Part shown: positions 47,390 through 61,863 of the stretch, in pieces | How the letters are laid out: the number at the start of each line of letters is the position of its first letter | How positions within the stretch are numbered: the first letter of the stretch is position 1 | Assembly: GCA_964016885.1 (NCBI GenBank) | Contig: OZ024748.1 | Location: 55,862,001 to 55,926,000 of the forward strand | DNA: 64,000 nt | Reading direction: 5' to 3' | From: Eledone cirrhosa | Taxonomy: Eukaryota | Made by a program: the position numbers and the translations under genes | The notes under the pieces: model-generated | What the model was told of the DNA's origin: nothing | Seen by the model: the letters and a program-made list of their open reading frames with translations, nothing else | The model's database searches: none

Positions 47390-48089
47390 CGCAATACAAG
47401 TGAAACAGATGAGATTTATAACCACATATATCAAACATAAACCATCTGAGATTAGCTTTTATCAAAGAAATTATAACTTCCCGGATTATTAAGTAATGTT
47501 TTCCTTTGTCAAATATTAGCTTGATACTATGTAACAAGGTATTCATGACGATCCAAAATCAAGCTACAGAAAAATGCAGTGTAAATGTGGTATTGGGAAA
47601 TTCTTTAATCTCTTTATATGAGATCATTCGTCCCAAATTATAATATTAATCATTTATCAAATCGTCGAAGACGCAGAGAATATCCGATTCTAAATGACAA
47701 GGGTAAAATGGCGGTAGAGGTTTTGGATTATAAGGATGAAATATATCTTATCCTAGAATGTATACTCATATGTCGTAGTTATCTTTTCTGACTAGAGGAA
47801 TTAAACCGGTGCCACTAATCATGGAATCATTCGGCGGTTCCATAGAGCGGCCACTGCTTAAGGTGGACATGTTAATAATTCAAGTAACAGATTTTAGTTA
47901 GATTGCTTCGGTTTCTGAGTGTGAAATATGTTGACCTCAGACATTGTTCACACACAGATACATAAACACAATCACCCCCCCTCCCACACACACACACGCG
48001 TGTATGCGTGTGGATATATATGTATATGTGTGTGTGTGCATGTATGTGTGTGTGGCTGGGCATCGGTATATACATATTTCTGTGTCTCT

Positions 48090-48094
48090 CTCTC

Positions 48095-48132
<38 letters not shown>

Positions 48133-48239
48133 ATGTATATATATGCATATCTGTATATGTATGGGTATGTATATCTATATTTATATATATATGTATATGT
48201 ATATGTATATATATGTATATGTAGTATATGTATGTATAT

Positions 48240-48305
<66 letters not shown>

Positions 48306-48328
48306 GAATGTATATATATACATATATA

Positions 48329-48365
<37 letters not shown>

Positions 48366-48490
48366 GAATATATATATGTACATATATATATATATATATA
48401 TATATGTATATGAATGTATATATATACATATATATGTACATATATATATATATATATATGTGTATATGAATGTATATATATACATATATA

Positions 48491-48527
<37 letters not shown>

Positions 48528-48683
48528 GAATGTATATATATACATATATATGTACATATATACATATATATATGTATATATGTATATGAATGTATATATA
48601 TATATATATATATATATGTACATATATAGATATATATGTATATATATTCATATATATGTATATGTATATATGCATATATATGT

Positions 48684-48728
<45 letters not shown>

Positions 48729-48820
48729 TATGTATATATATGCATATATATGTATATATATGTATATATATGTATATATATATATATATAAATGTATGTA
48801 TATTTATATATATATATATG
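48090..48820. repeat. TA-rich minisatellite-like array
   Basis: Recurring tgtatatgaatgtatatatatacatatatatgtacatata unit. Confidence 0.9.
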
Positions 48821-49160
48821 TGTGTCTGTGTGCATGGATATATGTATGAATATGAAAGAAATACTATATTTTCCTTGTAGCAGAATGTGGGTTTGGACAA
48901 ACACATGTATTGTTTCTTTATTTTCTTATGTCCCCACCCATATATCTCACAAAAGTTATTCTCCTCTCATCCTACTGTATTCTATTTTAGTATAGACATT
49001 ATGGCACACATGGTCTCTTCTGTAGATATCAGTTGGAGGGTAGCGGATGTTATTTCAGTTAATACAATACAACCACGTGAAAATTGTTGTACTCCCCAAA
49101 CATGTTCTGCATCAATTCTTTAACACGTTGTCTATTTAATATTAGTATGTTTATATTATG

Positions 49161-49210
<50 letters not shown>

Positions 49211-49337
49211 ATATGTATGTATAAATATATGTACATATGTATGTATAAATATATGTATGCATGTATATATCGATATATGTATGTATGTAAGTATGTATAT
49301 ATAAATATGTGTATGTATGTACGTATATATGTATATA

Positions 49338-49520
49338 TAATTGTTTCTACTATTGGCACAAGGCCAGCAATTACTCAGTACATTACTGGTACTTTATTTT
49401 ATCGACCCCGTAAGGATGAATGGCAAAGTGAAGGTCGGTGGGATTTGAACTCTCACCATAAAGGGGCCTAACTCTATGCTGCAAAGCATGGCGTCCGACC
49501 TTCTACTGATACTGCCAATC
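49338..49520 (-). mobile_element. SINE copy
   Basis: Full consensus match. Confidence 0.9.
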
Positions 49521-49603
49521 CCCAATATGTGTGTGTGTGTGTGTAGTCATACAGTATATACGAATGAATATGCATACATTCAATTGCCTTTATATATACA
49601 CAA

Positions 49604-49795
49604 ATGCGCCATCCAGTGCTGACACTGCACTCAGTGTTCCTGTGGGAGACCCTGCATGGATACACTGCAAGGGGAAGACCGAGGTTAACATATATTGATG
49701 CCCTAAGGACATATACTGGTCTCTTGGAGACGCAGGACATGGCAGCGATGAAGAGGGACAGAGACCGGTGGATCTCTGTAATTTTACCCGCCCTA
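49604..49795 (+). mobile_element. 3' end of an RTE-clade LINE
   Basis: RHP...LWE..HG...RGRPRLTYID.L...TG...M..DRDRW is the RTE C-terminal signature. Confidence 0.75.
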
Positions 49796-50147
49796 GATAT
49801 ATATATATATAATTGAGAGTAAGAAAGAGTTCGAGCGAGCGTGATAATTATATACGCTCATCTATCTTTGAGTTTTTGTCTTGAAAGCAGCAAACATCTA
49901 TATACATATTGTTGTGATTAGATGTTTTACACCTCCTGTACACATGTACTACATGGATTTACTTTGTAAATACACCGTCTCTATATTTGTAAATCATTAC
50001 TTAACCTTCCTCTCCGTTTGTCTTTCAATCTATATATGCGCTAACACATATATATTTATAAATATTCATATATATTCATGCGTTTTTAAGTTCCCTGTTC
50101 TTATTTTTAATCCGGATTATGGTCCGATTTTCTGTGTCGCTCTCATT

Positions 50148-50177
<30 letters not shown>

Positions 50178-50178
<1 letters not shown>

Positions 50179-50354
50179 GAACCAGTAAGACCCCGACAGC
50201 TGAGCTCAAGCCGTTTCGACGGCTAATTCGCCGTCGAAACGGCTTGAGCTCAGCTGTCGGGGTCTTACTGGTTCCTATTACCCACTCTACTACCTCAAGT
50301 ATTGAGTACTTTGGTGCGTTATGGTCCACCTGGTTCCTTACCACATTTCCTTCG
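50178..50354 (+). mobile_element. Family A fold-back element, nearly identical to 17301 apart from an apex deletion
   Basis: Same arms and tail; apex gacggctaattcgccgtc. Confidence 0.9.
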
Positions 50355-50423
50355 TTATATATATATATATATATATATACAATGATATTAAATAAATGGA
50401 AACTATATTTATAAAACCATAGT

Positions 50424-50486
50424 TATTTTATTATATATATTTCAAGGGTACCAAAACACTTTGGTACGCTTTCTTCAGATACAATA
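50424..50486 (-). ncRNA. Type I hammerhead ribozyme, family B (element 50381-50560)
   Basis: UAUUGUAU-CUGAAGA-AAG C GUACCAAA GUGU UUUGGUAC C CUU-GAAAUAUAUAUA-AUAAAAUA. Confidence 0.85.
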
Positions 50487-50600
50487 CAAAGTTTGTTTTA
50501 TAAATAGAGACATACCCAGGAAAATTATACCTTATCTGTTGGATATTCTCTGGATAGTGGATATATATATATTATAGTGGATATATATATATATTATAGT

Positions 50601-50645
<45 letters not shown>

Positions 50646-50793
50646 GAAAAAAGGAAAATAATGACTTCACTTAAAATTAAATCAAATTATTTTGAACTAG
50701 AAGTGAAATCATTATTTTCCTATTTTTTAAATATGCCTATTTGTACCAAGGATTTCACACATTTCCCTATCTATCTATCTAAATATATATATA

Positions 50794-50886
50794 TGAAGAG
50801 CCCCTCTGGGCGAAACACGTGTAAGAGCTATTTAAAAGACTTGTTTTAACGGCTTGTAACTCCTTCGTTCATTCATTTTTGTGATT
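50794..50886 (+). ncRNA. 5'-truncated minimal hammerhead element
   Basis: (A)UGAAGA-GCCC CUCU GGGC-GAAAC ACGU GUA; C3 and the 5' strand of stem I are replaced by (TA)n. Confidence 0.7.
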
Positions 50887-51767
50887 ATATATATATATGT
50901 ATATTGTGAGTAACCATTGCCAGACGGGAAAAGTACATACGTTGATATGGTCAACTAAACCTCAGTAGTATTTTCTCCTGTATGGCTGCAGTCTAATGAA
51001 TAAGACTAGAAAAGAATTTGTTATCATATTATACCTAGCCTTTCGCATTCTCTCATAATTTCTCGATATCAGTAATGTATTTCTTTCATCTCACAAGCAC
51101 GATCCATCATTAAATTGCTCCGTCATATAAATTGATCCAACACCATTATCTTTCCGCTATGTTACTCACACTGCAATCGTTTTTTTCTCCTTTCTTTCTT
51201 TGAATTTGCTGTTTTCTTACATCTCATCTTTGAAATATTACATTGGTTATCGTGCCACACCTGTATTTTCCTTCTCGTTACCAACTTTCCTCGTCGTCTT
51301 CTTAAGCCTCCTTCTAACTCTCCATGCATTATTGCCTTCTACTTCACATTTATTTTCTTTCGTTATAAAGAAATAGAGAGACATAGTTCGAACGAAGGAA
51401 ACAATATTTCCTTCAGGTTTAACATTTCTCATACAATCTGTTGTTTGTAACTCGAGGAATAAAGCGCTATGACAAACTCAAGACTCTATGAATGTGTTTT
51501 TAAAACATTAACCAATAGGCTATTTAGAATATGCTCGTTTTCTTAGTATCGCTCACATTTCCCTTATTTTCCAATGTATGATTCATGCATCTACTCACGC
51601 CACTGTATTCTGTTTACTTACTCTCCATATTGTTTCGTCTTCGTGTTTATATTCATCCATATATTCTCCCTCCAATTACTTTTGTACATTATACATGGCG
51701 TTAAGGAAACAACAAAGAAGAATGTAATGTAAAAAAAAGAATAAGAAATAAAATTAAGCAACGAAAG

Positions 51768-51984
51768 AACCCCTATGGGGAGAGAGCACATACTCTATAT
51801 GGAGGTGTTTCAGCTGCGCCTCATGGAGGAAATGGCAAATATATTACAGCTGAGAATGACCAGTAAAATTCAGTGCATAAGGGCCCCTTTCTCAGGCGGA
51901 CTGATGACGCCGATTTTATGGAGGAAATCAAAAGTGTGTTGACTGAGGGCACCCGAGGTCGTCTCAAAAGAAAAAAAAAAAAAA
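51768..51984 (+). mobile_element. GC-richer poly(A)-terminated retroposed fragment
   Basis: Ends in aaaagaaaaaaaaaaaaaa; origin not identified. Confidence 0.4.
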
Positions 51985-52226
51985 CGTACTCCACTTTAAC
52001 TGTGGATTTTCTTGTAAATCTACGGATCTATCATTGCTCGTATTAATTAATTCCACTTTCACACATAGATATGCACCTATCCACCACATTCTACATATTA
52101 AATACACACATTTACGCATTTAGACGAAAACACACTCAAACACATGTCGACTCTTTTAACATTTTCTCTTCCTGATTATCTCCACTCCTCCTTCACTCTG
52201 CCACCCCCTCTCTCTAATATATCATT

Positions 52227-52291
<65 letters not shown>

Positions 52292-53944
52292 GTGTGTGTG
52301 TATGCGTGTGTGTGTGCGTGTATGTGTGTGTGTATTTTGCTTTCATTCCCCTCTACACATTCACTTTTACATCTCTCACTATGCATTCGGAACTTCACCG
52401 TTTCCCTTATTTTGCTTGTTTACGTTTGTCTATTGACTTAGAAATGTATATGAGTGTATTAAGACGAGCGATTTGCTTTATATATCCATGGGTAATCAGA
52501 AACCTGTCCAGCTGAGTAACATCTGACTGGTTTATGGGACCAACGAAACATCACTTATTTAGCCAAGCAGTCGGTTAGTCAGCGAGCTAACCCAACACAT
52601 AACCATACATACATCCAAGCAAACACTCTACCTCCTTCACCTAATATCTCTATCAGAGCGGATATGTCATTGAAACCTCCCTGCCCCACGGTTCTCACGC
52701 TCTCTGCCAGTCTAGAAACTCTTTAAGAATTAGGACAAATAATAAACAAATTGAACGGATGAGAAATTATATTCCCCAATCGTCCCTGTTCAACCCCCAC
52801 CCAAGAAATCTACTGATCATACAGTTAAGTAAATCACACTATATCATAAGTGCATGTAAGATAGTCGAATAGTTAAATGTGTCGATTCACAAATATAAAT
52901 CCCGTGTTCAATATTGCTGTGTGGAATCTTGGTCACATGTCCTTCACAATGGTCATGAGTAAAGTGATGCCTTTTTAGTAAAATTTGGTAACTGACAATG
53001 CATAGAAAACTATGCGATGGACTGTGCATATATGTCAAATGTCTAGCCTCTTCACATCTTTGCCAATGCTGAAATAACATATCTTACATTGAATGACATT
53101 TATTTAGTAAGTATGTGTATAATGAGAAGTAGTAATTAGGGCAGGTAAATGAAAATGGTACTCATTAGACGGCGGGATATGTAGGTAAAAAATGATCAGT
53201 AACAAGAAAAAGAAAAAAAAAGGTTTGGAATTTCGTGGAAATGTTTACGAATCAAAAAGAGAACAAACTATTTTAGGAAGTAAATATAAATATATAGAAT
53301 TCAATAATGCTACATATCTGCTTAACTGAAAGCCACTCCGATATTTTATTGGCGTTACCTCACCTACAGAACCTGCCAGTTAAATATATTACAACCCATC
53401 TATTGAACTACCAGTAATTCGAATTTGAAATATTTCCGGTTCAGTCAATAATAAATAATAATATTTAAAACAAATTTGATATCATCTTAAACTTATTCTA
53501 AATTCAATAAAACTTCACAAAACAAAATATTGTAAGTTGTACATTAAAATTAGGAAGCCTTTTAACTTAAGCAAACATAATAGCTACTAACTTATTACTG
53601 AGTTAACACAAATGCTATAAAACTAACATCCGTAGTATCAACATTCTAAAAATAATTTCCCATTGTCTTTTCATTAAATTAAATGAACATCTTCACAATA
53701 CAAATTATTTTAAACTTCAAAATAAATTGGGAATTGACAGGTTTGGTTATACTCAATAAAATTTCTTTAACATATTCTTAACGAGTTCTAACTATTTTAA
53801 AGAAATCAGTCATTAGAATAAAGCCATACCCGGGCACATGAAGTCTATTACTATTTAATCGATATATTGTGTCAATCCTGTATGATACGTGACAAGGATT
53901 CAGATACACACACACACACTCACAAGTAGGCGGAAAGAGACATG

Positions 53945-53983
<39 letters not shown>

Positions 53984-53989
<6 letters not shown>

Positions 53990-54264
53990 TAAAATAACAT
54001 ATTAAAGTTTAAGCAAAGAATCGCTGCTTTCACCCTTAACGGGATCATCTGAAACTAAAAAAGTCAATCTGTGAATGCAGATATTTACTTCTGCGTTCAC
54101 AAATTGACTTTTTTAGTTTCAGAAGATCCAGTTAAGGGTGAAAGCAGCGATTCTTTGCTTAAATTTTAATCTATTATTTTAATAAATATTTGCTCTACGG
54201 TTCTTATGTATTTGATATATATTTATTCTTATCAACCCCTCTTTGGATTTTAGTCTTCAAATTT

Positions 54265-54278
<14 letters not shown>
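53984..54278 (+). mobile_element. Family C fold-back element (about 100-bp arms plus tail)
   Basis: Arms about 53984-54081 and 54090-54189; HHR-like CAGANGA-UCCC GUUAA GGGU-GAAAGCAGC in the arms. Confidence 0.8.
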
Positions 54279-54338
<60 letters not shown>

Positions 54339-54340
<2 letters not shown>

Positions 54341-54536
54341 AAAAGAGTGTCAGGCCCCGACGGCTGAGCTCCGGGAGTTTCGACAACTAGATCCGAACTG
54401 TCCCGATCTAGCTGTCGAAACGGACGGAACTCAGCCGTCGTATCCTGACTATTTACCTATTATCCACTCTAATCCCCTAAGCATTGAGTACTCTGGTGCG
54501 TTATGTTCCACCTGGTATCTTACCACACATTCTTTG
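54339..54536 (+). mobile_element. Diverged family A element
   Basis: Imperfect palindrome with apex gacaactagatc...gatctagctgtc; tail actctaatcccctaagcattgagtac. Confidence 0.8.
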
Positions 54537-54549
54537 TTCTCTCTCTCTC

Positions 54550-54630
<81 letters not shown>

Positions 54631-54773
54631 TGTATATATATATATATATATATGTATTGGTCAGAAGTGGGCACAATTGTGTATGTCAACAGAACAATCT
54701 ACGTAAAATAACATTAGGAATTTTCATATATATAGCTATATATATATATATGTGAGTGTGTGTGTGAGTGTGT

Positions 54774-54806
<33 letters not shown>

Positions 54807-55234
54807 GCATTTACACATCTAGAAAACGATGGCATTTACACATCTAGAAAACGAAAATATAACATATTTGCTAAACAGTACTGGTGTGAAACTATGAATA
54901 AGAAGTAGATAGAATACGGATTTATTTCATAAGTCTATTAGACGTTTAGAAGTAATCTTTTCAACGACTGATTACATGTATATGTATATATATATATATG
55001 TATATATATAGTTATATATATATGTATATATATATACAAACATACAGTGTGGGGGGGGGGGGGAAGAGCTGAAAAGTTGAAAGGTCTCGATAGTAACCTA
55101 GTTTGGTTTTATTCAACTTCTATGGAACCATAAACATGCCATTCTAATCAGATTATATATATATATATAAATATATATATATATAAATAAAATAACAGGA
55201 GGCTGGACTGCTGTAAATCCTTGAAAAGTTTATT

Positions 55235-55292
55235 ATACTATGATCATTTCAATGATCGGGTTCCGTATGAATCCGGTGATATCATCAGGTAT
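55235..55292 (-). ncRNA. Type I hammerhead ribozyme (element about 55186-55390)
   Basis: AUAC-CUGAUGA-UAU C ACCGGAUUC AUAC GGAACCCGAU C AUU-GAAAUGAUCAUA-GUAU; stem III AUGAUCAU palindrome. Confidence 0.8.
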
Positions 55293-55387
55293 TCGAAATA
55301 TAACAAAGGAATATATAAAATCCATGGGTCCGAAATCAGAGACAGAGAGGACGACTGACTAACTAATTGCTTTCACCTCGGTCTGTC

Positions 55388-55421
<34 letters not shown>

Positions 55422-56139
55422 GTATATAAGAAAGTATAGATTCTTTAACATATGCCAATTAATATTAAGGGGTCACGCTAAATAACATAAGAATTAATTA
55501 TATCGTTTATCTCAATGTCGTTGTGCTCCTTATAATTTTACTAATTCATGATTTTTTGTTGTACTATAGTGGATGTCATAATTTTGCAATTGCATATAAA
55601 CTCGTCTGTGTATCTGGATGAGTAGAAAAGTAGTTCGCTTGACAATCATATGTTCTGAGTATGCAACAAAACTCTTGGATTCTTGTGCATCTGTCTTTAG
55701 ACATGCGTTGAGAGAAACTGCATATAAATAATCGATTGACATGCGTTGATAGAAACTGCATAGAAAGACTCGATTGATCCGTACCTGTAATTTAAACGTA
55801 TGTAAGGAATACTCTACCAAAATACTCATTAATTCATGAAAGCTAATTATTTAAAATAAACTGGTAATTCCAGACCCATTTTCCTTTGTATTTACTAATG
55901 GCAATGAGCTGAAACGATTTACTGTAATAGTTGGAAGTATAAACTAAATAATTTTACAATAATTCAATTATTGTCAATATAAATAATGGGCACTTAAAAA
56001 CTTGATTTTATCGTAGGGGTGCACTCATTAAATATAGAATTGTTTAGTCATTTAAAAAAGGCGTGGATTATTTCGCCCAGAGAGAGAGAGAGAGATTATG
56101 TGTGTGTGTCTGTGCATGTGAGTGCGTGAGGGAGAATGA

Positions 56140-56191
<52 letters not shown>

Positions 56192-56567
56192 CAGTAAGAT
56201 GACAAGAGATAGAGGAATAATCAATCCCTGTACTAAGCTGGTGGCTTATCAACCAAGAAACTAGGAAAGTTAAACCTGATCTCATTGGTATTTGAAATCA
56301 GAATGCCGTCACAAATACAATAAAACATCGAAATCATCTTTCTAATGGATATGAGAGTTTACCGACTTTTTTCAATTAGGAGAATAATGAAATAGATTGA
56401 CATGTGCTAAAGGTTTCATAGCACGGCACACCATTTTAAAAATATGTTATTACGTACGCTAAATAAATTGCATGATTCATCTATGATTCTCTCATTCGAC
56501 TAATTCTGGTAGATGAAAAAGTGGAATATCGGAAGAACATCAGTGAAACAAGCAAATGGATCAAATA

Positions 56568-56780
<213 letters not shown>

Positions 56781-56852
56781 ATATATATACATATATATAT
56801 AATATATATATATAAATATATATTGTGTGTGTATGTATGTGTGTGTGTGTGA

Positions 56853-56892
<40 letters not shown>

Positions 56893-57459
56893 TCACACAC
56901 ACACACATACATACACACACACACATACATATATGGTTAACAAAAACAGAAAAACGAGGAGACAGTACAAACGATATTAGTATTAGTTTCTCGCTTGAGA
57001 GTGAGGGGTAGGTGTGCGTGCATGTGTGTATGAGAGACAGAGAGAGAGGTGGAGGGTAAGGTTGTATTGCGCACATACATGGACATACATGGAAAACGTA
57101 TAATGACGAAAACAGCGAAATATATAAACATATATATATATACATAAACATATGTATATATATACATACACATAAACATTGTCGCGCAGATATGTCCAGA
57201 AAAATATCCATTAGATTCGGACTTCAACTTCAGTAATCTACCCATCAGTACAAGTTCACAGAGAAGTTATCCATGCATTCACATATACAAACTAATTGTA
57301 TGTGTGCGTATTTATATATATATATATATATATATATGAATATGTGTGTGCGTTTGTATATATATATATATATATATATAGGCATATATATATAGGCATA
57401 TATATATGTGTGTATATATGTGTGTCTGTATATATACATATGCCTATACATACATATGA

Positions 57460-57503
<44 letters not shown>

Positions 57504-58168
57504 ATATAAATAAAAATATATATATTCAAATATACATATGTGTGTAAATATACATGTCTGTATAAATATATTTGCGTATGCATTCATATGTGTGCATGAG
57601 TATATATAAAGATATATATAGAGACAGATAGACAGATCCTGCCTTAGTGTGTTTATGTATATGCTTAATGTGTTTGTTCATGTATAGACATATTTATATA
57701 TATTTATTTTCAATATTCTTATAACAATGATAGTCAAAAATATATATTTTTTTAAAATATACGTTCGTAATTATATACATATATGCATTATTGAATATAC
57801 ATGTTCATATATATAATTCCACATTGTTAGATTTATGTAGAGCAATTGGTAACATAATTTGGTTACAAAGAAAAAAGTGAATAAACAGAATAAACATATG
57901 AACTGAAAATATCCTAGAAAATGAGGGATGTCAGACTTTAAATACGGTAAACTGAGTTAAATTTAATAAGTGCGAAAAGTACGAAAATTTGATTTACCCA
58001 CTAATATAAAAGCAAATAATGCGCATATTTTCGCCACGCTCTCAGTACATACTTAGGTGCATACAGGCAGACATTGCATACATATATCTACACAGATATA
58101 TGTACATAATTTCATGTATGTATACATATATATAAAATCATACTTACACACATACAAATGGCCACATA

Positions 58169-58220
<52 letters not shown>

Positions 58221-58733
58221 TATACACACATAAGCACACATACAAACACACACACGCACACACACACACACATATACATATATATATATATATATATAGG
58301 GTGGTATTCCCAAATGGCAGACATACACTTACGCACACACATCACATGGCGATATATATATCTATATATACATACAATACGTGTGTGCGTCTTTGTAAAA
58401 AAATTAGTGTGAATTTAGATGTGTAGGGTGGAACACAATAAGAGAAGGGGAGAGAGACAGATAGACGTAGCGAGAGAGAGAGAAAGAGAGAGAGACGAGA
58501 GAGAGAATTTGGAATTGAGTGAGAATGGATAACGCATGGAAATGATTGTATTTTCTACAAAGAAGTAGAATATTATGTTACTCTAAATTGTATGAGGCAT
58601 ACTTGAGAAAATGTCAAGAATTTAGGAATGGTAGATTTCAAATTAGGATAGAGTTATATTCTGTTGCACTAGAAATAAATGTGATAAGCTTGGGGTAAAA
58701 TCAAGAATTACACATGCTCAAAAAAGCTTACGT

Positions 58734-58789
<56 letters not shown>

Positions 58790-59304
58790 TTGTGTGTGTC
58801 TACAGAGGCATACACGTGTAAATGTATATATATGTGTACATATATATATATATATATGTGTATATATATATGTGTATATATATGAGTATATATGCACTCA
58901 CTATTTTTTTAGTAAGTAGTACAAATCTATACACATTTTCTCTCTATATATTTTATATTCGTGTATATATCTTCTTTTGTAAATCTTTAAAGGAAAAGTT
59001 TAAAAGCGATGGAGTTTCTGAGTATAGGTGTACTATAACTTTGAATATTTCCTTAAAGTTCACAGATTTATTGTCACATGCTAATATGTGTCAAAACTCT
59101 AGATACGCGAATATACATTCATCTGAATTCACCTGAAAAAAGCTCACCTTAAATTCTCTAACCAGGTAAATAAAACACACACACACAAAGAAGCTCACTT
59201 GTACCCATATATATATATATATATATCCCTTTTCTTACACATACACACATACACACACACATATATATATATACTTCCCTTTTCTTACACACACATATAT
59301 ATAC

Positions 59305-59514
59305 ATAGTTTTAATATAGATGGGATTCTATAGGACTACAACTGTTTCATTCTTGAGAAATCATCAGGAATCTTGAGATTCCTGATGATTTCTCAATAAT
59401 GAAACAGTTCTAGTCCTGTAGAATCTCATTTATATTAAAACTGTTATACTCTGCTATGTATTGAGTACCTTACTTACTGTGGTTATCTCCGATTCAACCC
59501 GGAGTAACTTACCT
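59305..59514. ncRNA. Fold-back element with an HHR core on both strands
   Basis: Arms 59305-59372 and 59376-59444; tcatcag 59361 / ctgatga 59382...gaaacagtt; tail actctgctatgtattgagtac. Confidence 0.7.
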
Positions 59515-59529
59515 ATATATATATATGTG

Positions 59530-59970
59530 TGTGTGTGTAAGAAAAGGGAAGTAAGGTTCTATACAAAACGGTGCTTTTATTTTAGAGAAAATGTGAAGTT
59601 GGTAGTAGCACGGAAAGTATATTTTAGGGTCTGTTTTTCTATATTTTTTCATTTCTTTGATTCGTCAAAGTGACGTTATTGAAAAAAATGTGATGGACAA
59701 TTCTCCTTCTCAGCAAGAAAGATGAAAAAAAACTTACTTCTTAATTTTAAATCTTTAATTTTTAGTTTTTAATTCTTATTTATTCTTTTTAATTGTAATA
59801 CTCAGCATTCGATAAGATGAATTTTACTAATATATCGAAACCGGTAATACTTTATATTCTTTATATACATTATAAAACTTTTTTTGAAAATAATTGTCCT
59901 TTTCATTTTGTTAATAATGTCACTTTGACGAATCAAAAAAGGAGGTAAAAAAAAGGAAAAACAGACCCTA
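59530..59970. mobile_element. Inverted-repeat element with variant HHR-like core (59804-59851, +)
   Basis: Arms about 59625-59702 and 59893-59970; AGCAU-UCGAUAA-GAU...AUC-GAAAC CG GUA-AUACU. Confidence 0.55.
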
Positions 59971-60030
59971 TTTCAAACATCATCTTCTCACCCTCTGTCT
60001 CACTTTATCTCTCACTCCTCTCTCTCTCCC

Positions 60031-60078
<48 letters not shown>

Positions 60079-60081
<3 letters not shown>

Positions 60082-60615
60082 GTGTTGCGAGGTTTTTGAT
60101 ATGAAATCGTGTGTCGAAACAAATATTGTTATACTTGGGGAGGGTCATATTGTTGTAATAATATTGCCAGAATTAATAACAGAACACACTCACTGTTTGG
60201 TTGGTTTTCGCTTCTGTATCTTTTATATCAGTTAATTCATTCGGTCCTCAGTGTTTACCATTGACTGACCAACGGTAAAAAATACAGATACAATAGAGAT
60301 ATAAACATATATATATAGTCTAACAAAGTTCTTTCGTTGCACATCTGCAACATCGTCAGTGGTGCTATTATGTTCCTCCTGTTTGTATTGTATATTTATG
60401 CCATCTTTATTTAATATGTTTATTTGTTAGACTACATATATGTGTTTATATCTCTATTGTATCTGTATTTTTGACCGTGGGTCAGTCAATGGTAAACATT
60501 GAGGACCGAATGAATTAATTGATATAAAAGATACAGAAGCGAAAACCAACCAAACAGTGAGTGTGTTCTGTTATTAATTCTGGCAATATTATTACAATAT
60601 AACCCTCCTCAAGTA

Positions 60616-60619
<4 letters not shown>
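60079..60619. mobile_element. TA-flanked element with about 200-bp inverted arms and an HHR core in the spacer (60325-60368, -)
   Basis: Arms 60128-60327 and 60423-60619; CUGACGA-U GUUGCA GAUG UGCAAC-GAAA. Confidence 0.75.
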
Positions 60620-60672
<53 letters not shown>

Positions 60673-61254
60673 GGCAGGTTTTCTTTCACTAATTCTGAAA
60701 CATCGCTATGAAAGTATAAAATATACAGATTAAATATCGAACTCATAGGAGTATTTTAACACATTAAACTTATGCCAAACTTTCAATTAGACTAACTTAA
60801 TTTAGTCGGCCTGACTTATACTCCCTTAAATCGAGATTTTGGCATAATTTTAATATGTTTATGTAAGCATATATTTACACACGTACACATTTTCAAAACA
60901 AAATGAGATTTCATATTGAGGTTTTTATTGATTAGACTTAATTACGGACGTTTCACAGATGGTTGGCTCAGAATCGTTATTTATTTCATAGACACGACTC
61001 TAGTCCCAATCTGCTTATCCGACTTGTTAATCAAGTAAAGCAAAATCTCATACACATATATGATCATTTATAGCAGTAAAAGATATAGATACTTAAGTTG
61101 CGTATGTTTAACACAAACACATATAGTCTGCTATATCGTGTTGGCCGACTGAATGAGATAGTGGTAAACCCTGTTGTAACTAATTATATATAACTCGTCC
61201 GACTGACCAAGTGCTCTAAACGATATCTCATACTAAGTTTGTACTACTATATAT

Positions 61255-61325
<71 letters not shown>

Positions 61326-61328
<3 letters not shown>

Positions 61329-61438
61329 GTTTTTACTTTTGGCACAAGGCCAGCAATTACCCAGTACATATATATATAATATATAGTAATAATAATAAAT
61401 GTGAAGACTAAAATCCGAAGACGGGGCAATAAGGATAA
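61326..61438 (-). mobile_element. SINE tail fragment plus family C tail fragment
   Basis: ggcacaaggccagcaattacccag; gaagactaaaatcc...ataaggataa. Confidence 0.7.
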
Positions 61439-61812
61439 TATATATATATATATATAAATATTCGGATTTTCTTGGACACATCGACGATATTTCAAATATC
61501 TGAAATCAATGGAGTAGTCTTTTCGTGATCTTAGCCATTATGTGTAGCCGAGCAAACCACATACACATATACACTAAGTATACATATTAGTGGGATTCAG
61601 TATGACAATGAAACTCTTTGAATTACACACACTTCATCTTTTATAGGTGAGTGGTGTTGTGTTCCTAATTGAAATATACCAACCGTATATTAAGCCTCAT
61701 TTCTCTCTCTCTCTCTTTCTCTCTCCCCTCCTCTATCTCCCCCTCTCTCTCCCTCTCTCTCTCTCTCTATATATATACATATATGTGTGTGTATACATGT
61801 ATTTATATACAC

Positions 61813-61863
<51 letters not shown>

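Noticed and set aside
51898-51950. CTGATGA...GGAAA in the poly(A)-tailed fragment
   Set aside because: Stem II and NUH triplet do not fold convincingly.
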